A DNA stretch of 63,463 nucleotides, the filler included, from Folioceros fuciformis (Eukaryota), in the NCBI GenBank assembly GCA_049999805.1. It is 14 parts of 14 records of this genome, joined end to end, with 100 filler letters (N's around TTAATTAATTAA, not from the genome) between each part and the next. Parts side by side here need not be neighbours in the genome. Positions count along the whole stretch, not along the records: positions 23,904 to 28,511 come from JBNGIO010001984.1; positions 28,612 to 37,032 come from JBNGIO010001986.1; 12 more parts are not named here. One strand, 5' to 3'. The notes beneath the pieces were generated by a model. The model saw only the letters and a program-made list of their open reading frames with translations. It searched no databases and was not told the DNA's origin. Of this stretch, positions 24,205-37,132 are shown piece after piece. How positions within the stretch are numbered: position 1 is the first letter of the stretch; each line of letters begins with the position of its first letter. The translations under genes and the position numbers were made by a program.

Positions 24205-27200
24205 TTGGTTCATGCCACACGTGCCTTTTACAATCTGAGAATGCGAGATGGTGATACTGTTGAGAATCATGTCAGCCGCTTCAAGATGTTACGTACCAAA
24301 TTGATTACGGCTGGCACTGCTGTTGATGAACTCCAAGCTGCAGTGGCCCTCCTTATGTCACTGCCAGAAAAATACAACAGCTTTGTGAGCACTCAAAATC
24401 AACACATACAGACAGCTCAAGCAGCAGTGGTTGCTGGCACACCATCACCAATCACACTCTCAGATGTCATTGGTGCTCTACTCAACGAGGAGGCTACTCA
24501 CACTCGTGGTCGAGGCTCCTCCTCCAGTAACCCTGCACGAGCCACGTTCGTTTCCCGAGGACGAGGACGGCGTGCTCAAGGTGGCAACCGCCCACCTTAC
24601 AAACCAGGCTCTCCTCGCCCTGCATGGTCAGCCTCCAAGCCCAGTACTGCTAAGAGAGGCCTTTGCACATGGTGCAGAATACCAGGGCATTTAGAATCTG
24701 AATGCCGCAAGAAGCAGAATGGTGAACCTAAGCGAGAAGCCCCTCCATTTGCTCACGTATCCTCCAAGAAAAATACAGGGGCCATCCTCACAGTGTGTAT
24801 GGTCTCCTCTTCTCAAGACAGGCATGCCTGGTATCTAGACTCAGGTGCCACCACGCATGTCTGTAACACTCGCACAGCCTTTACCACTTTCACGTCTTCT
24901 CCTAAGGGACACTTTGTACTTTTAGGTGATGACAATGGGCTATGCATTGAGGGCACTAGCACAGTCGTCCTTCACCCTGCACAAGGCAAGACCATCACTC
25001 TGTTAGATGTGATCTTTGTCCCACAGATGGCTAAAAATCTAGTCTCATTAAGACGCCTGTCTCCTCCACTTCTTACCTTGGAGATGACACCTGATGGTCT
25101 TGCTCTGCGGGAGGGTGCTGCACCACACCAGTTATTGGTTACATGTACTCTCAAGAATGACCTATACCAGCTCAACTTGAAGAGTAATCCTATACAGCAG
25201 GTGAGGCCACCAGCTGCTCACGCTACAGCCACCAGTTCTCCCAATGAGACGCAACTGTGGCACTGCCGCCTGAGACATTTACACATCCAACGTCTCCGGA
25301 CCCTGCCTGCTTCATCCTTGTATCGGACTCCGCTTCACTTCAAGTCTGAGAACTCCATTTTCTGTGAAGCCTGCATACAAGGGAAGCACCATAAGGCTCC
25401 TCATCCCAGTCAAGATGCGACGAGGGCCACTCACCTACTCCAAACTGTGCACACTGACCTCTGTGGTCCCATGTCCACACGGTCCCTTAGTGGTGCTCTC
25501 TATTTTATCCATCTCATTGATGACTGGAGTCGGTTTACAGTCACTTACTTTCTCAAACACAAAAGTAAAGCCTTCTCTTGCTTTCTTCTGTACCTCTCGT
25601 ATGCTCAACGCTTTACAGGTCAGAAATTGAAATGCTTGAGAAGTGACAATGGAGGCGAGTTTACCTCAGGAGAATTCACGGAGTTTTGCTCACGGGAGGG
25701 TATTCTTTGGCAACTCACCGTTCCCTATGAGCATGAGAAAAATCCTTTGCCTGAGAACAGAAACAAGGTCACACAGGCTGTTGCTAAGTCTATGCTGCAT
25801 CTTGCCCGACTTCCCCGGTGCTTCTGGGCAGAAGCTGTTGCCACAGCTGTCTACATTCAAAACAGGCTACCCACTTGTGCTTTTGCCAATGCTACACCTT
25901 TTGAGCGGTGGACTGGCGTCAAGCCTCGGGTGGACCACTTGCGGATCTGGGGCTGTCCAGCCTATGCTCATACACCTGATGAATTCAGACGCAAGATGGA
26001 CTTTAAGGCAACCAAACACCTGTTCATCGGCTATACAGAGGGCATTAAAGGCTACAAGCTTTATGACCCCCTGCACCGTCGTTTCCTGCATGCCAGAAAT
26101 GTTATCTTTGATGAGCAGTTCCTTCTACAAGCCTCAGAAAAGGGCAGAGATGTACCTGGCCTGGAACGCCTCACAACTGATGAACAAGATGCATCCTCAA
26201 CACATGATGAACATTTGGTTACCTCTCAGCACGTACCATCCGCCGCTGAATAGCATGCCGATGCCTTTCCAGAAGATGAACCTGACCTCACTGCAGATGA
26301 CTCAACCTCGGAGACAAGTGACCAGGTTGACGAGCCTCAGCATGAGGATCATGACAATGTGACTAACGAAAGTCCCCCACCTTCTCCTCCACCTGAAGTT
26401 GAGGAGAATGTGGAGCAGCTCTCTTCAGAGGTCGCTGAGGAAGTAGTTCAGGCACCACAAGAACTGAGGAGATCTGCTAGGAGTCATACCACAGATCCAA
26501 GTCAGTGGACATACAAACCACTGAGCTACGAATTGGATGAAGAGTATCGAAGACAGCACGCAAACCTTGCAGCCAGCTCAGATGCTCCCGCAACTTATGA
26601 CTTTCGCATACCTCATAACTACGTTGCACTCGCCCTGATAGCAGCTCAGGACCTTGGAGAACCTGCTACCCTGAAGGAAGCACTGACCTCCCCAGAAGGC
26701 AAGCTCTGGAAGGTTGGCATAGACTCTGAATACCAGTCTCTTATTGATAATTAGACTTGGGAGCTGGTAGACCTGCCTCCAGGACGCAAACCACTCACAG
26801 GCAAATGGGTGTTTAAGAAAAAGTTGAATCCTGATGGGTCAGTGGCCAGATATAAGGCAAGATACGTCGTTCATGGATACAAGCAGGTCAAGGGACTGGA
26901 CTTTCATGAGACGTTCTCACCTGTTGTACGAGCCTCCTCTGTAAGGATGCTCTTTGCCTTGGCTGCTGAATGCAAGTTGGATATTCACCAAATGGACGTC
27001 AAGACCGCTTTCCTGCATGGTGAAATAGACGAGGAAATGTATATCACCCAGCCTGAGGGATATGTCAGTAAGACTGAACCACATAAGGTATGCAAGTTAA
27101 GGAAGAGCCTGTACGGCTTAAAACAAGCGCCAAGGATATGGTACCAGAAGATTCATGCTTACTTGGTCAAGTATGGATTCAGTCAAAGTGATGCTGACAC

Positions 27201-28511
27201 AAACGTCTACATCCTGAGGCAAGGGCAGATGTTTGCTATCGTAGCACTGTACGTCGATGATGCCTTGATATTTGCCAATTCCCCTGACATCATGAAGAAA
27301 GTGAAGTCCATTCTCACTGCTGAATTTTCCATGACAGATTTAGGACAGCTCACTTTCTTCCTAGGCATACAGATAGTCATCAGTCCAGACAAGAGCAGCA
27401 TATTCTGTCACCAAGCACACTACGTAAGGCAAATGTTAGAAAGATTTATTATGACAGACTGTAAGCCAGCAATCACTCCCATGGCTGTGGGAGAGAAGTT
27501 CTCCACAGACCAGAGCCCAAAGACAGAAGCTGAGAAGTTGGAAATGGGAAAGAAACCCTACAGTATGCTAACAGGATGCCTTATCTAGATCAGCGGGTGG
27601 ACAAGACCTGATGTAGCTCCGGCTGCACGAGTCTTCTCAAGATTTCTTGCTGACCTTGGCATTGCACACTCGACAGGGATTAAGAGAGTCCTACGCTATT
27701 TAAAAGGAACGCAGCATCTTGGACTCAAATACGAGTCACAAGGAAAGTTTCCACTACTCATCTGCTACTCTGACTCTGATTGGGCAAGTGATGAAGACTC
27801 TAGACAGTCAATCACTGCCAATTGTACAATCCTCTCTGGAGGTGCAGTCAGCTGGACGTCGAAGAAGCAGACTGTGGTCGCACTCTCTAGAATTGAGGCA
27901 GAATATACGGCCGCAACTGCAGCCGCTCAAGAAACAGTCTACAACCGCCTGTTCATGGCGTCTATGGGTTTTCCTCAACCCGGAGCCACAACTGTCTACT
28001 GCGACAACCAGTCAGCCATAGCCCTGTCCAGAAATCCAGTGCACCACTCTCGGACCAGGCACATAGCCGTCAAACAGCACTATATCAGGCAGACAGTAGC
28101 CTCCGGAGAAATCGACCTAGTCTACGTACCCACAGAGCAAAACGTGGCAGACCTACTCACTAAGTCACTCCCAAAGGACAGACACATCGCTCACTGCAAG
28201 GGTCTGGGGCTCGACACTCAACCAAGTTCTTGACTCTCGCACACCTGCACAGCACAAGCATGCACATGCCCACTCAAAGGGTTAGCCTCGTCATAGACAG
28301 TGGGGGAGAGATTGATACACACAAGAGAATTGCTACCTTGCTTTACTCCTGTGTGTGTGCAGGCAAGACAACTATAATCCTGCCATTTTCACCTCCGCCT
28401 CAGGACTTCTCCAAAACCGAGCATACCTAAAGACCAGGTTACCCTCTGGATGACAATCAGCAGCATCAAGAATCATCTCAAGGCCTGGACACGGCGACAG
28501 CTTGCGGAAAT
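24205..28511 (+). mobile_element. Ty1/copia retrotransposon, nearly full gag-pol in one frame with three TAG stops, PPT and start of 3' LTR
   Basis: gag LLMSLPEKYNSF, CTWCRIPGHLESEC, WYLDSGATTH, HTDLCGP, SDNGGEF, LYVDD, DSDWA, YCDNQSAI, ADLLTK. Stops at 26251, 26752 and 27586; ORF ends 28233. PPT agtgggggagag at 28299-28310; LTR starts TG at ~28313. Confidence 0.97.
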
Positions 28512-28611
28512 NNNNNNNNNNNNNNNNNNNNNNNNNNNNNNNNNNNNNNNNNNNNTTAATTAATTAANNNNNNNNNNNNNNNNNNNNNNNNNNNNNNNNN
28601 NNNNNNNNNNN

Positions 28612-28659
28612 CCTCTCCTCTCCTCTCCTCTCCTCTCTCCTCTCCTCTCTCCTCTCCTC
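28612..28659. repeat. CT-rich microsatellite (cctct/ctc)n
   Basis: Direct inspection at contig start. Confidence 0.9.
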
Positions 28660-30279
28660 TGCACCGTAGATCCGGTACACCATCGGACGGCGGGGCCTGC
28701 AGCGCATGCGTCGCGTCGCTTCGCTTCGCAGACGTGGCAACTTTCGCCAGCTGTGTGCAGCCGCTTTCACACAGGTGTGGAGCCAGATTTAGCTTCCCCA
28801 TGCCGCTCCGCTCCGCTCCGCTCAGCTTCGGACTGGAACACGGATTCGGCTAGGGTAAATCGTTGAGCTAGCTAGCTAGGGCCGCGGGGCGCTAGGTCTG
28901 GGCAACTGGTTCGGGTTCGGGCTCGGTTCCAGGTGCGGGTGCCGGGCCTTGGCAAGGCGCTGGCTCCCTAGAGAGGCGTTTCGTCCACGCCTTTGACGCA
29001 GGACACCACATGACCCTGCCTCCTGCCTCCTGCCCACCTACATACATACATGCATACAGAAAAAGCTCCGGGAACCTTTCCTTTTCCTTCGCTTCAGTGC
29101 AGGACTGGAGCGAGGCTGAGGGAGGACACGGCCCATGCCACCATGCGTCATGCATGCGGCTGGTGGGCGTTAGGGTTCGCTCCACCGGCGCGTCCGCAAG
29201 CCCAAGGGGAGGGAAGGCACACGCCGTTACGCCATCGCAGCCGTGGGATGAGGCAAGCCCGTTCGGGGCGGGTCCAGGCCAGGCCTGGTCTGTCCAGGCA
29301 AGGGAGGACGTGGCGCCCGTCCACCGAATGGCCCTCTCATTTTCACTCCTAATTTCCCTTCATTATTGCTCAAACAGACCCACCGCCCTCCGCCATTGGG
29401 CATGGCGACAGGACAAGCCGCCTTCTCCCCTCGTCTCGGCGCCCTCTCCCTTCCTTACCTACACTTCACATGGACCCCCGCCCCCCGATACATCACACGC
29501 ACCTGCGAACTTGTGAGCCAAATATAGGTATAGCTGTTGCTCCTCCTCTGCTTCCTCACCGCTTGCTCCGCTCAACCTTACCGCCCCATATGCCTAGGTA
29601 TCTATGTCTGTTTTCAGTAAAGATAGATACATCTAAATCTCGCCCATCAACTCCTTCCACAGCAAGTAAACACACACACAAACAAATCCCTAGCCTTGCC
29701 TTCATGCGTCCCGATTTCTGAGCCCGCTCCCGCTCCTCAAGCACATCACTTAACTGGGTCCCAACTTGCGGAGGATTAGTTCCTGCAACAGAGGACATAA
29801 TACATATGTAAGTGACCGGTTACGTGTGTAAGTTTAGGAGGGTGCACGACGTACACATAAGCAATTTAGGTGTTCGAAAACCAGAAGGCCATAGGACAAA
29901 AAAGCAGGTGCCATTGCCGGGACGGGCCGGCCCACCCTACCCCGGCCCGGCCCGGCCCGGCCCATGATAAGATAACGCAAGGCAAGGCAAGGCGAGGTTG
30001 CCTGGGTCCACGCCGTGCCTCCAAGTCCTGGTCTGGAGAAAACAAAAAAAGAGAGGAGTGGGAAGTGGGGCCTCCCCTCCACATGGCCGGCCTCCAGGAT
30101 CATGCCCCGCCGCTTTCCACATCACGCTCCACACCTCCCACGAGATGCCCCAACCCCTACCCCGATTCGCTCTATTCCTTCCTTCCCCGCCCTCCTCGTT
30201 AGGGCAAGGGCCAAGGCCACATGCCCTAACACACCAACCTCCGCCCTAAACTCTGGAACCGGCACTGGCAATGGCCAGT

Positions 30280-30324
30280 ACTGGGACTGGGACTGGGACT
30301 GGGACTGGGACTGGGACTGGGACT
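30280..30324. repeat. (CTGGGA)n hexanucleotide microsatellite, about 7 units
   Basis: ctgggactgggactggga... Confidence 0.95.
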
Positions 30325-32744
30325 TGACTGCCCAAAACCCATATGGCCCAAGGCCAAACCTCCCACCGCAGCCCGCCACTCATTTTACACGTGACCACCT
30401 GCAAACATAAACACCCTGCAACAAATGATTGTATTATATGCCCACCCCCTTCGTCGTAAAAGCCATTGGTAAATACACCAGTGTACGTGTTGCTCCCTCT
30501 TTCGCGCTGCGCTGTACTGTGCGTCTGGACGCTCAAGGCCCCCGGGCACTGCCCTCACCTACTGCCCGCTGCCAGGTGCGGGGCGCCAGCGTCAGGTGGC
30601 GCCCCTCGGCGCTGGACTGGACACTGCTAGTAGTAGGACTCGGCCCTCGGAACACAGCCCTTGGAATGAAATGGAATGACAGACAATCCACGAGCCTCTC
30701 CGTGGACCCTTTAGAGAACACAACAATAATATGTACAACATGCCTATCACGAATATGAACCCCATCTCTCATTCTGGGACAGTCTATACTTTACTTCACC
30801 ATACTACCACGAAAGCGACACCCACTCTACCACGGAAGAGGGAACTCATAGGACTCCAACCCCGCAATCTCTCCCTCTCCCGCTCCCCGACTCCACAGGA
30901 GACCACAGACGAGCATCGGACGGCAGGAGCTGGGATCGCACAGCGAATCTCAAGAGGCAAGACGGACGGCACAGATGCGTGTAGTTGGCACTGTCAGGGC
31001 ACCATGGATCGTGATTCCTGCCCCATTCCGCACTCCATCATTGCCCTTTACTTCGCTAACTTTTACGTCAAGGGGGGATCTGTTAACTCACCTCCCGGCC
31101 GGAGCCCTCGTACACCAACGCCCTCATGCAACTCCCATGTCCCCACCATTTCCAGACTCTCGCTCCCATCCTTTACTACCTGTGTACATACCCCACCCCA
31201 CTCAGCGCCTTAAAAACAAATCGAAAGCAAATACCATGTACATACATACCTGTAAAAAATTAATGCCGCTGCAAGGGCCGTGCCTTGGCGCTGCTCACTA
31301 GGCGCGCGCCCGCTCATCCTCCTGTGTGGCCCAGAATCAAAGCCCGGCCGCCCGGCCCAGCACCGCCCGGCCCGGCCCAGCCCGACCCGCCCTCACCTCC
31401 CGAATGCATCCAAAATCTTGCTTTCCGCCTCTCTCCGCTCCGCCTTCTGCGCCTTCAACTTCTCACCTCTCCTCGAAGCAACACAATCTTCTCAACTTGT
31501 TTGTTGGCATGGTTCCCGAGTTTGAATCCATGTTCCTTCCACATCCACCTCCTCATCAGGCTGGGAGCCAGGCTGCCGGAGCCTTGGAATCGCATCCACC
31601 TTCCTTTGTACCTGCACACTCATGCCTATGCTCCAGTGTCGCGCATATGCTTGTTACCGTCACAACCGCCGCAGACTCCACGGTATATGCTTGCTTTGCA
31701 CTGCACCATGTCCGGGAGCCCCTAGGGCTTTCTTTTCTCCATCTTCAACCAGCTACTGACCTGGACTCGGCCCCAACTCCAAGCCTTTTCGCATGACTAC
31801 GCCATGCATGCCATGCCGCCTCCAAGCCCTACATGACGAGGGTTTCAAGCGCACCCAACCTCCATCTCTCCTCACACGGCAACAAGGGGGAAGGGAAAGG
31901 ACCTCGCCTGCTGCATCTCCAAGGCGAAGGAGAAGGAGACGGAGAAGGAGGAGGAACATGTCACAAAGCACCCGCACCCAGCCCCTTGATGCGCGCACAC
32001 CCGCACGTACCAAATCAAACCCTTGAGTCATGTTGCTCTTGCTGCATAGAAAAAGACCCGGGGCACACAGACGCCGACGAGTAAGAAAAAAGGAACCTGC
32101 TTTACCAACTCATCCCGATGTTGCACCTCCATCCTCCTGCATCTTCTGCATGTTCCCGGCCTTCGTGAGCTTGCAAATGTTACAAACATCACACATCTCC
32201 ATGCGCCCTCCCTCGCATTGTCGCCCGCCGCCTTGCATGCATCTTCCTTCTCTCCCACGACGAGATTCACAAACCCTAGTAGTGTCTTGGACAGAAAAAA
32301 AAAACCTAAGCACGAGCGATGCCAGCCACCCCTGTGCAACATCCACATCCACAGACCACCTCCGCCTAGGAAGTGCACCACTGGTTGCTGCTCCTGCATG
32401 GGGTAAAAAAAAATTGGAAAGCCTGGTTGACCTCCAAGACGCAAATTAACCAAGGGAATGGCAAGTTAACTAAAATGCTCGTCATTGGCTCTGCTGCTGC
32501 TGTGGCCTGCCCCCAGACGCCTCCTCTCCGTTCCTCTCCTCGCGGGCGGGGCCACCAGTGTGAGCCGAGCCTGTTTGCCGCCAATTGTTGCCTTTTCTTT
32601 GAAAGGAGGGAGGGAGGGAGGAGCGGAGGGCAGGCTACCCTCGCTGAGCCGTGTCCATGGCGTCCTGGCCATGCGTCCGCGCTCGCCTGGTCTGAGCGGG
32701 CTGCGCCTCGTCGCGCTACGCCCTCAAGTTTCTGCTCCGCTGCA

Positions 32745-34042
32745 ATGGAAGCGGATGAAATCGGAGTGGTTCTGACCAGGGCTGCGGAGCTGCACGCGAA
32801 AATCAGTGATGCCATTGAGAGATCCATGAAGCTGGAGTTTCAGAGCAGCGTGGCAGGGGGCAAGGGGAGCTATGGCAGTATGCAGAGCTCGGCCGACACC
32901 GCCGTGCCGCAAGGAGGTGCCGTGGTCGGGTACGGCCGGGAGTACCAGGCGGACCTCTACGACGCCGGCCGAACGGGAGGAGGTGCCGGGGGCGACGGCA
33001 CTGCGGAGGCCCGCAGCTTGGGAGCCATCCGAGATGCGCTGGAAGTGCTGGAGGAGCAACTCGAGTCTTTGCAGGTGTGAGTTGACACGGTGCATAGTGG
33101 TTTCTGGACCTGTGAGATATTTAGGGTATTGCGGATGGATGGATGTGGTGGTTCCGTGCTTGGCAAAACCCACTTCTCTTTGTTGTTGTGGAGGATGGAT
33201 GGATGGATCGATCGATTTGATGGAGCTTGAACGCGGACGAGCCCAGACTTAGAGTTTGAGGATCTCTTATTTTGATGAAGAGCTTGTGGTGGCTGTAGCA
33301 GTGTCTTCAACAACAGCAGCGAAATGAGAAGGACGCGGCTCTGGTGGATCTGGAGGAGAGCAGGCGGATTTTGCTCCGGAGGCTCAAGGATCATCGCGGG
33401 AGGGAGTGGGAGATTGTGCATGAAGCCCTTGCGTTTGCTGGAGAACCGGTGCCGGAAAGGCCTGACGACCTACCGCTGCCGCCTTATCCCAGGCCTGTCC
33501 CTTCGCCCTACACGTTGGAGCCACGCTCTCCGCAGTTCCATGTAGGGCCCATCGCTGTGAGGGGGAATGGTGCGGTGAAGAAGCTGGATCTGGCGGACGG
33601 AGACACTGCGGAGAACGACTTCTCTGTGGTGGAAGACAGCAGAGAAGACAGCCAGGAGGAAGGCACAGCCTCGCACCAGGATGAACGAAAACCGAGCATT
33701 GGCGGAGGGCTGTCTATCCCAAGGCACATTGTGAGTGCGCTGGCCCAATTCTTGGGCATTTCGGCAAAGGCTATCGGAGTGGTTACGGTCATAGCCGTCA
33801 TCGGCTACTCCGAGGCGCAGAAGAGGAAATCGTCTCGACGGAGATCCAAGTACATAGCAAGTCGGCAGCCTGCTGCCCCAGCTCCCGCCCCTCCTCCTAG
33901 AGTAGCGCCAGAGGAGCATTGTCCGCCGGGCAAGGTGAGGTTGTATCAAAATGGTGTGCACAAATGCGTGGTTAGGGAGCGGTTTGAGCTTCCGTTCCAG
34001 AAGGAGGTCAGGGCTCCGGATGTCTTGTTTGGTAGGGGTTGA
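32745..34042 (+). CDS. PDV2: Plastid division protein, PDV2-type (2 exons: 32745-33074, 33302-34042)
   Basis: MEADEIGVVLTRAAELHAKISDAI; EARSLGAIRDALEVLEEQLESLQ|CLQQQQRNE; EALAFAGE..DDLPLPPYP; TM segment; CPPGKV...CVVRERFELPF...PDVLFGRG with the terminal Gly typical of PDV proteins. Confidence 0.9.
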
Positions 34043-34436
34043 CCATGTTCCAATTCACACAGTCGTCATGTTTTCCACGGTCTCGTCGGTTTGCATAAGC
34101 AGCGTCGGAGTAGATGATCCTCTAGCCACATTTGTCGAGGGAGAGGCCTGCTGAAGCCCGTATGATGTCCTCTTCACGGATTTCAAGCCGACCTCTCTTG
34201 TCGCAAGGTAGATGGAGGCGCATCTTGTATTTTTGATGTTGTGGCACAAATGTAACGATATTTCATGCAGTGCTGTAAAGAGTTTTAGCATTGCCAACCG
34301 ATTTGCCTCTCAGGATTGTTTCAGGCGATGTCCTCAATGTCCAATTATCCGTAGACGCACAACAGTAGTACATTTTCCAGACAGCTGGTGGGAGGAAGCC
34401 TCAACCGCAGGCTGGTAGGGAGGAAGCGAAAGCTGC

Positions 34437-35473
34437 ATGGCGGGAGCTTTGCCGACTCCGCCGGGCCTGGGCCACGGACTGGGCCTGGGCCACGGACTGG
34501 GCCTGCGATGGCCGCGGATCTCGACTGCCCGCTTGAGCGCTGCAGCAGGAGTAAGTGCAGGAGCAGCGCTTCTGGGGCTCGCTATGGTGGCTCCTGAAAT
34601 CTGTCAGCAGCGGGAGAGGAAGCAGCAACATGCGCCGTGGCACCCTTTGGCGTCCCTTTCTTTGAGCCAGCAAGCAGCGGGAGATGAGGCATCACTGCAG
34701 TTGGAGAAGAGCTCTGGGGTCCAATTTCCGCTCACGCTGGACGATGGCAAGCAGCTAGCTGGGGCCGGAATCCGCAAGAAAGCCATACTGGGCCTGAAGA
34801 ACATCAACGTGTATGCTTTCGGGGTTTACGCGGATCCCGGCAGCGTTAAGGAGCAGCTGGGCCCCAAGTACGGGGCGCGCCCGGTCCCCAGCCGGGACTT
34901 GTATGCGGACGTCATCGCCTCAGATGTGGGCCTCACAGTCAGGCTGGTGATCGTTTACGGCAGGCTCAAGATCGGCAGCGTCCGCTCTTCCTTCGAGGAG
35001 TCCCTGGGCTCCCGTATCCAGCGCTTTTCTGGCGAAAGCAACAGGGCCTTACTGACTAAGTAAAGATGCAAACACTCTCTTCTCTCTTTCAGTGTTTTAT
35101 TCCTTTCCTCTGGCTGGTGTAAAGGGAAGCCGGATGGATCTGCCTTGCTTGCTTGCAGATTCACAGGTCTGTTCAGGGACGACATCAAGCTGCCTAAAGG
35201 CACTGTTATAGATCTCACCAGGCTCCCCGGTCACCTCCTGCTAGCTAAAGGTGGGCGAGGCGCGCGCGAACGCACCCTAGGCAATTGGATCGGCAGGCGA
35301 TGGACTCTTCTCACTCCCGGCCTTGTTGTGCAGTGAACGGGGAGGAGATAGGCAGTGTCAAGAGTCAGCTGCTGTGCCGTTCCCTCTTCGACCTCTACCT
35401 TGGGGACGAGCCTTTCGACAAGAAAGCTAAGGACGCTGTTGGCAACACTCTGGTTCGACACCTCGCCGCGTGA
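34437..35473 (+). CDS. FAP1: Chalcone-isomerase-fold fatty-acid-binding protein (exons 34437-35059, 35159-35250, 35334-35473)
   Basis: GIRKKAILGLKNINVYAFGVYAD, RLVIVYGRLKIGSVRSSFEESLG and SQLLCRSLFDLYLGDEPFDK resemble Arabidopsis FAP1; transit-peptide-like N-terminus. Confidence 0.88.
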
Positions 35474-35929
35474 TGTGGTGAAGATTCGTTCAGCAATCGT
35501 GCTGTGCTAGAAACATTTTTACCTTTTATTCATCCGGCGCTTTTTTGGTGCCCATCAACGGACTGCTCGGAAGCCTGAATCTGGCCACTCCTTGTCTCTT
35601 GTCCCGGTCTGCATACGAGTCACAAGACTAGGACGTGTTTGTCCCCCGTCTGACAACGAGAACAATCAAACTTCTACAAGAATTCGAGGTGCTCTCCGAA
35701 CGGGACGGGTGAAGTGCCAGTCAAGGGGCCATGAGTCCTCATAACAGCGCACACGGACAAGTACCACAGGGTTGCAAGTACACAACAGACATTTAAGGTC
35801 CAATTAGGATACATCGCGTCTACTGTAGTTCATGTCGGCACAAAATAATACCCCTCTAAGAGTTTACTACTGTACAAAAGTGGAAAACGACGGGACCTCG
35901 GCTACTTGAATGGACGGGCGCGACAGAGT

Positions 35930-37032
35930 TCACTCAGCGATGTCCGACGTGATTCTGTAGAGGGTGGCTCAAACCGGGGTGTCAGACGACATATTCAAAG
36001 GACAGCCAGGAACAACCAATATTATTGCACAGTTTTGATGCAAGTTACCTGTCTGGATCATCAGTGAGCAAAGACTCTGCCCCTTTGGCGAAAAAGCAGT
36101 GCAACATCCCCCGAGAGTGCGGGGCACCCTGCAGGAAACCGTGAAGTTGTGATTCCAAAAAACGTGCGAATCTGAGCAGCAAGTATGGCATGCCTGCATA
36201 GAGAACAAACCTCAGGAGATCCATCAGGGCGGAACAGCAAACCCGTCACACTCCCCTCGCCCAACTTCTGATGACTCATCCACGCTATCCGTGCTTGAAC
36301 CACCTCCAGGACCCATTCGTAAATCTTCATGCACCACACCAAAAAAGAGTGAGCTTGAAGCAGTGACAATAAATAATACTGTGCTGCACGAGCATTGGAG
36401 TATCGAAACCCGGAAGCACCTGAGCCAGACGGTACCGGGGTTGCTCAAGCGATGAACCAACAGGAAGCTGGCCAGTCCCTTGACACTCCGGACAGAACAT
36501 ACTGAACATGTCCGGGTTAATAACATCAGGTGATAACTGCGAGCAGTTAGAAGCAATTACATCCGCTGCCGACTTCTTTTTCTTGCTCTTGCGGGCCTTC
36601 TTCCTCCGCCTTTGCGAACATGCCATCCAAGCTTTTACTTCACAGACAGCAATCCAGTCGACTAAACACTCACGGTGGAAGACATGAAATACCTGGATAT
36701 CAACCATTTTCAGACGTGGTCAGCTTAGTCTGCCAGTGAGACCCTTAATGTAGGTCACTTAAAAAAAGAGGTCAGATGCTCCAAGAACTGAGAAGACGCC
36801 CAGTAGTGCAATTCATACCCCTCGTCTGTTGCGGCTTGCACAGAGCATCTTCCCCGACTTTGAGTTTATCAAAGCGGCAACACTCTTGCCTGGAACCATC
36901 GTCTGGTAGCAGATGAGGCACACTCTCTCCACTGACTTTCCCTGTCTTCGTTTCCAGTCTCGGCGGAAATGTTTCGGTGAGAACCTCTTATTCAGCGATG
37001 GAGACTGCCCACTTTGATCTTTGCTGCTGCAA
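35930..37032 (-). CDS. Plant Zn-finger/RING-like protein, 3' part (5' lost at gap)
   Basis: Spliced translation CLICYQTMVPGKSVAALIN...CASRNRRG|VFHVFHRECLVDWIAVCE...FCPECQGTG|IYEWVLEVVQAR|GAPHSRGMLHCFFA|ITSDIAE*; GT-AG introns. Confidence 0.75.
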
Positions 37033-37132
37033 NNNNNNNNNNNNNNNNNNNNNNNNNNNNNNNNNNNNNNNNNNNNTTAATTAATTAANNNNNNNNNNNN
37101 NNNNNNNNNNNNNNNNNNNNNNNNNNNNNNNN

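Noticed and set aside
31540-31570. CTGATGA hammerhead core on the minus strand (retrozyme idea)
   Set aside because: No properly spaced GAAA or flanking stems found here or in the LTRs.
28892-32450. Many overlapping 70-170-aa ORFs
   Set aside because: Expected in GC-rich, microsatellite-rich DNA; no motifs or coherent splice model.
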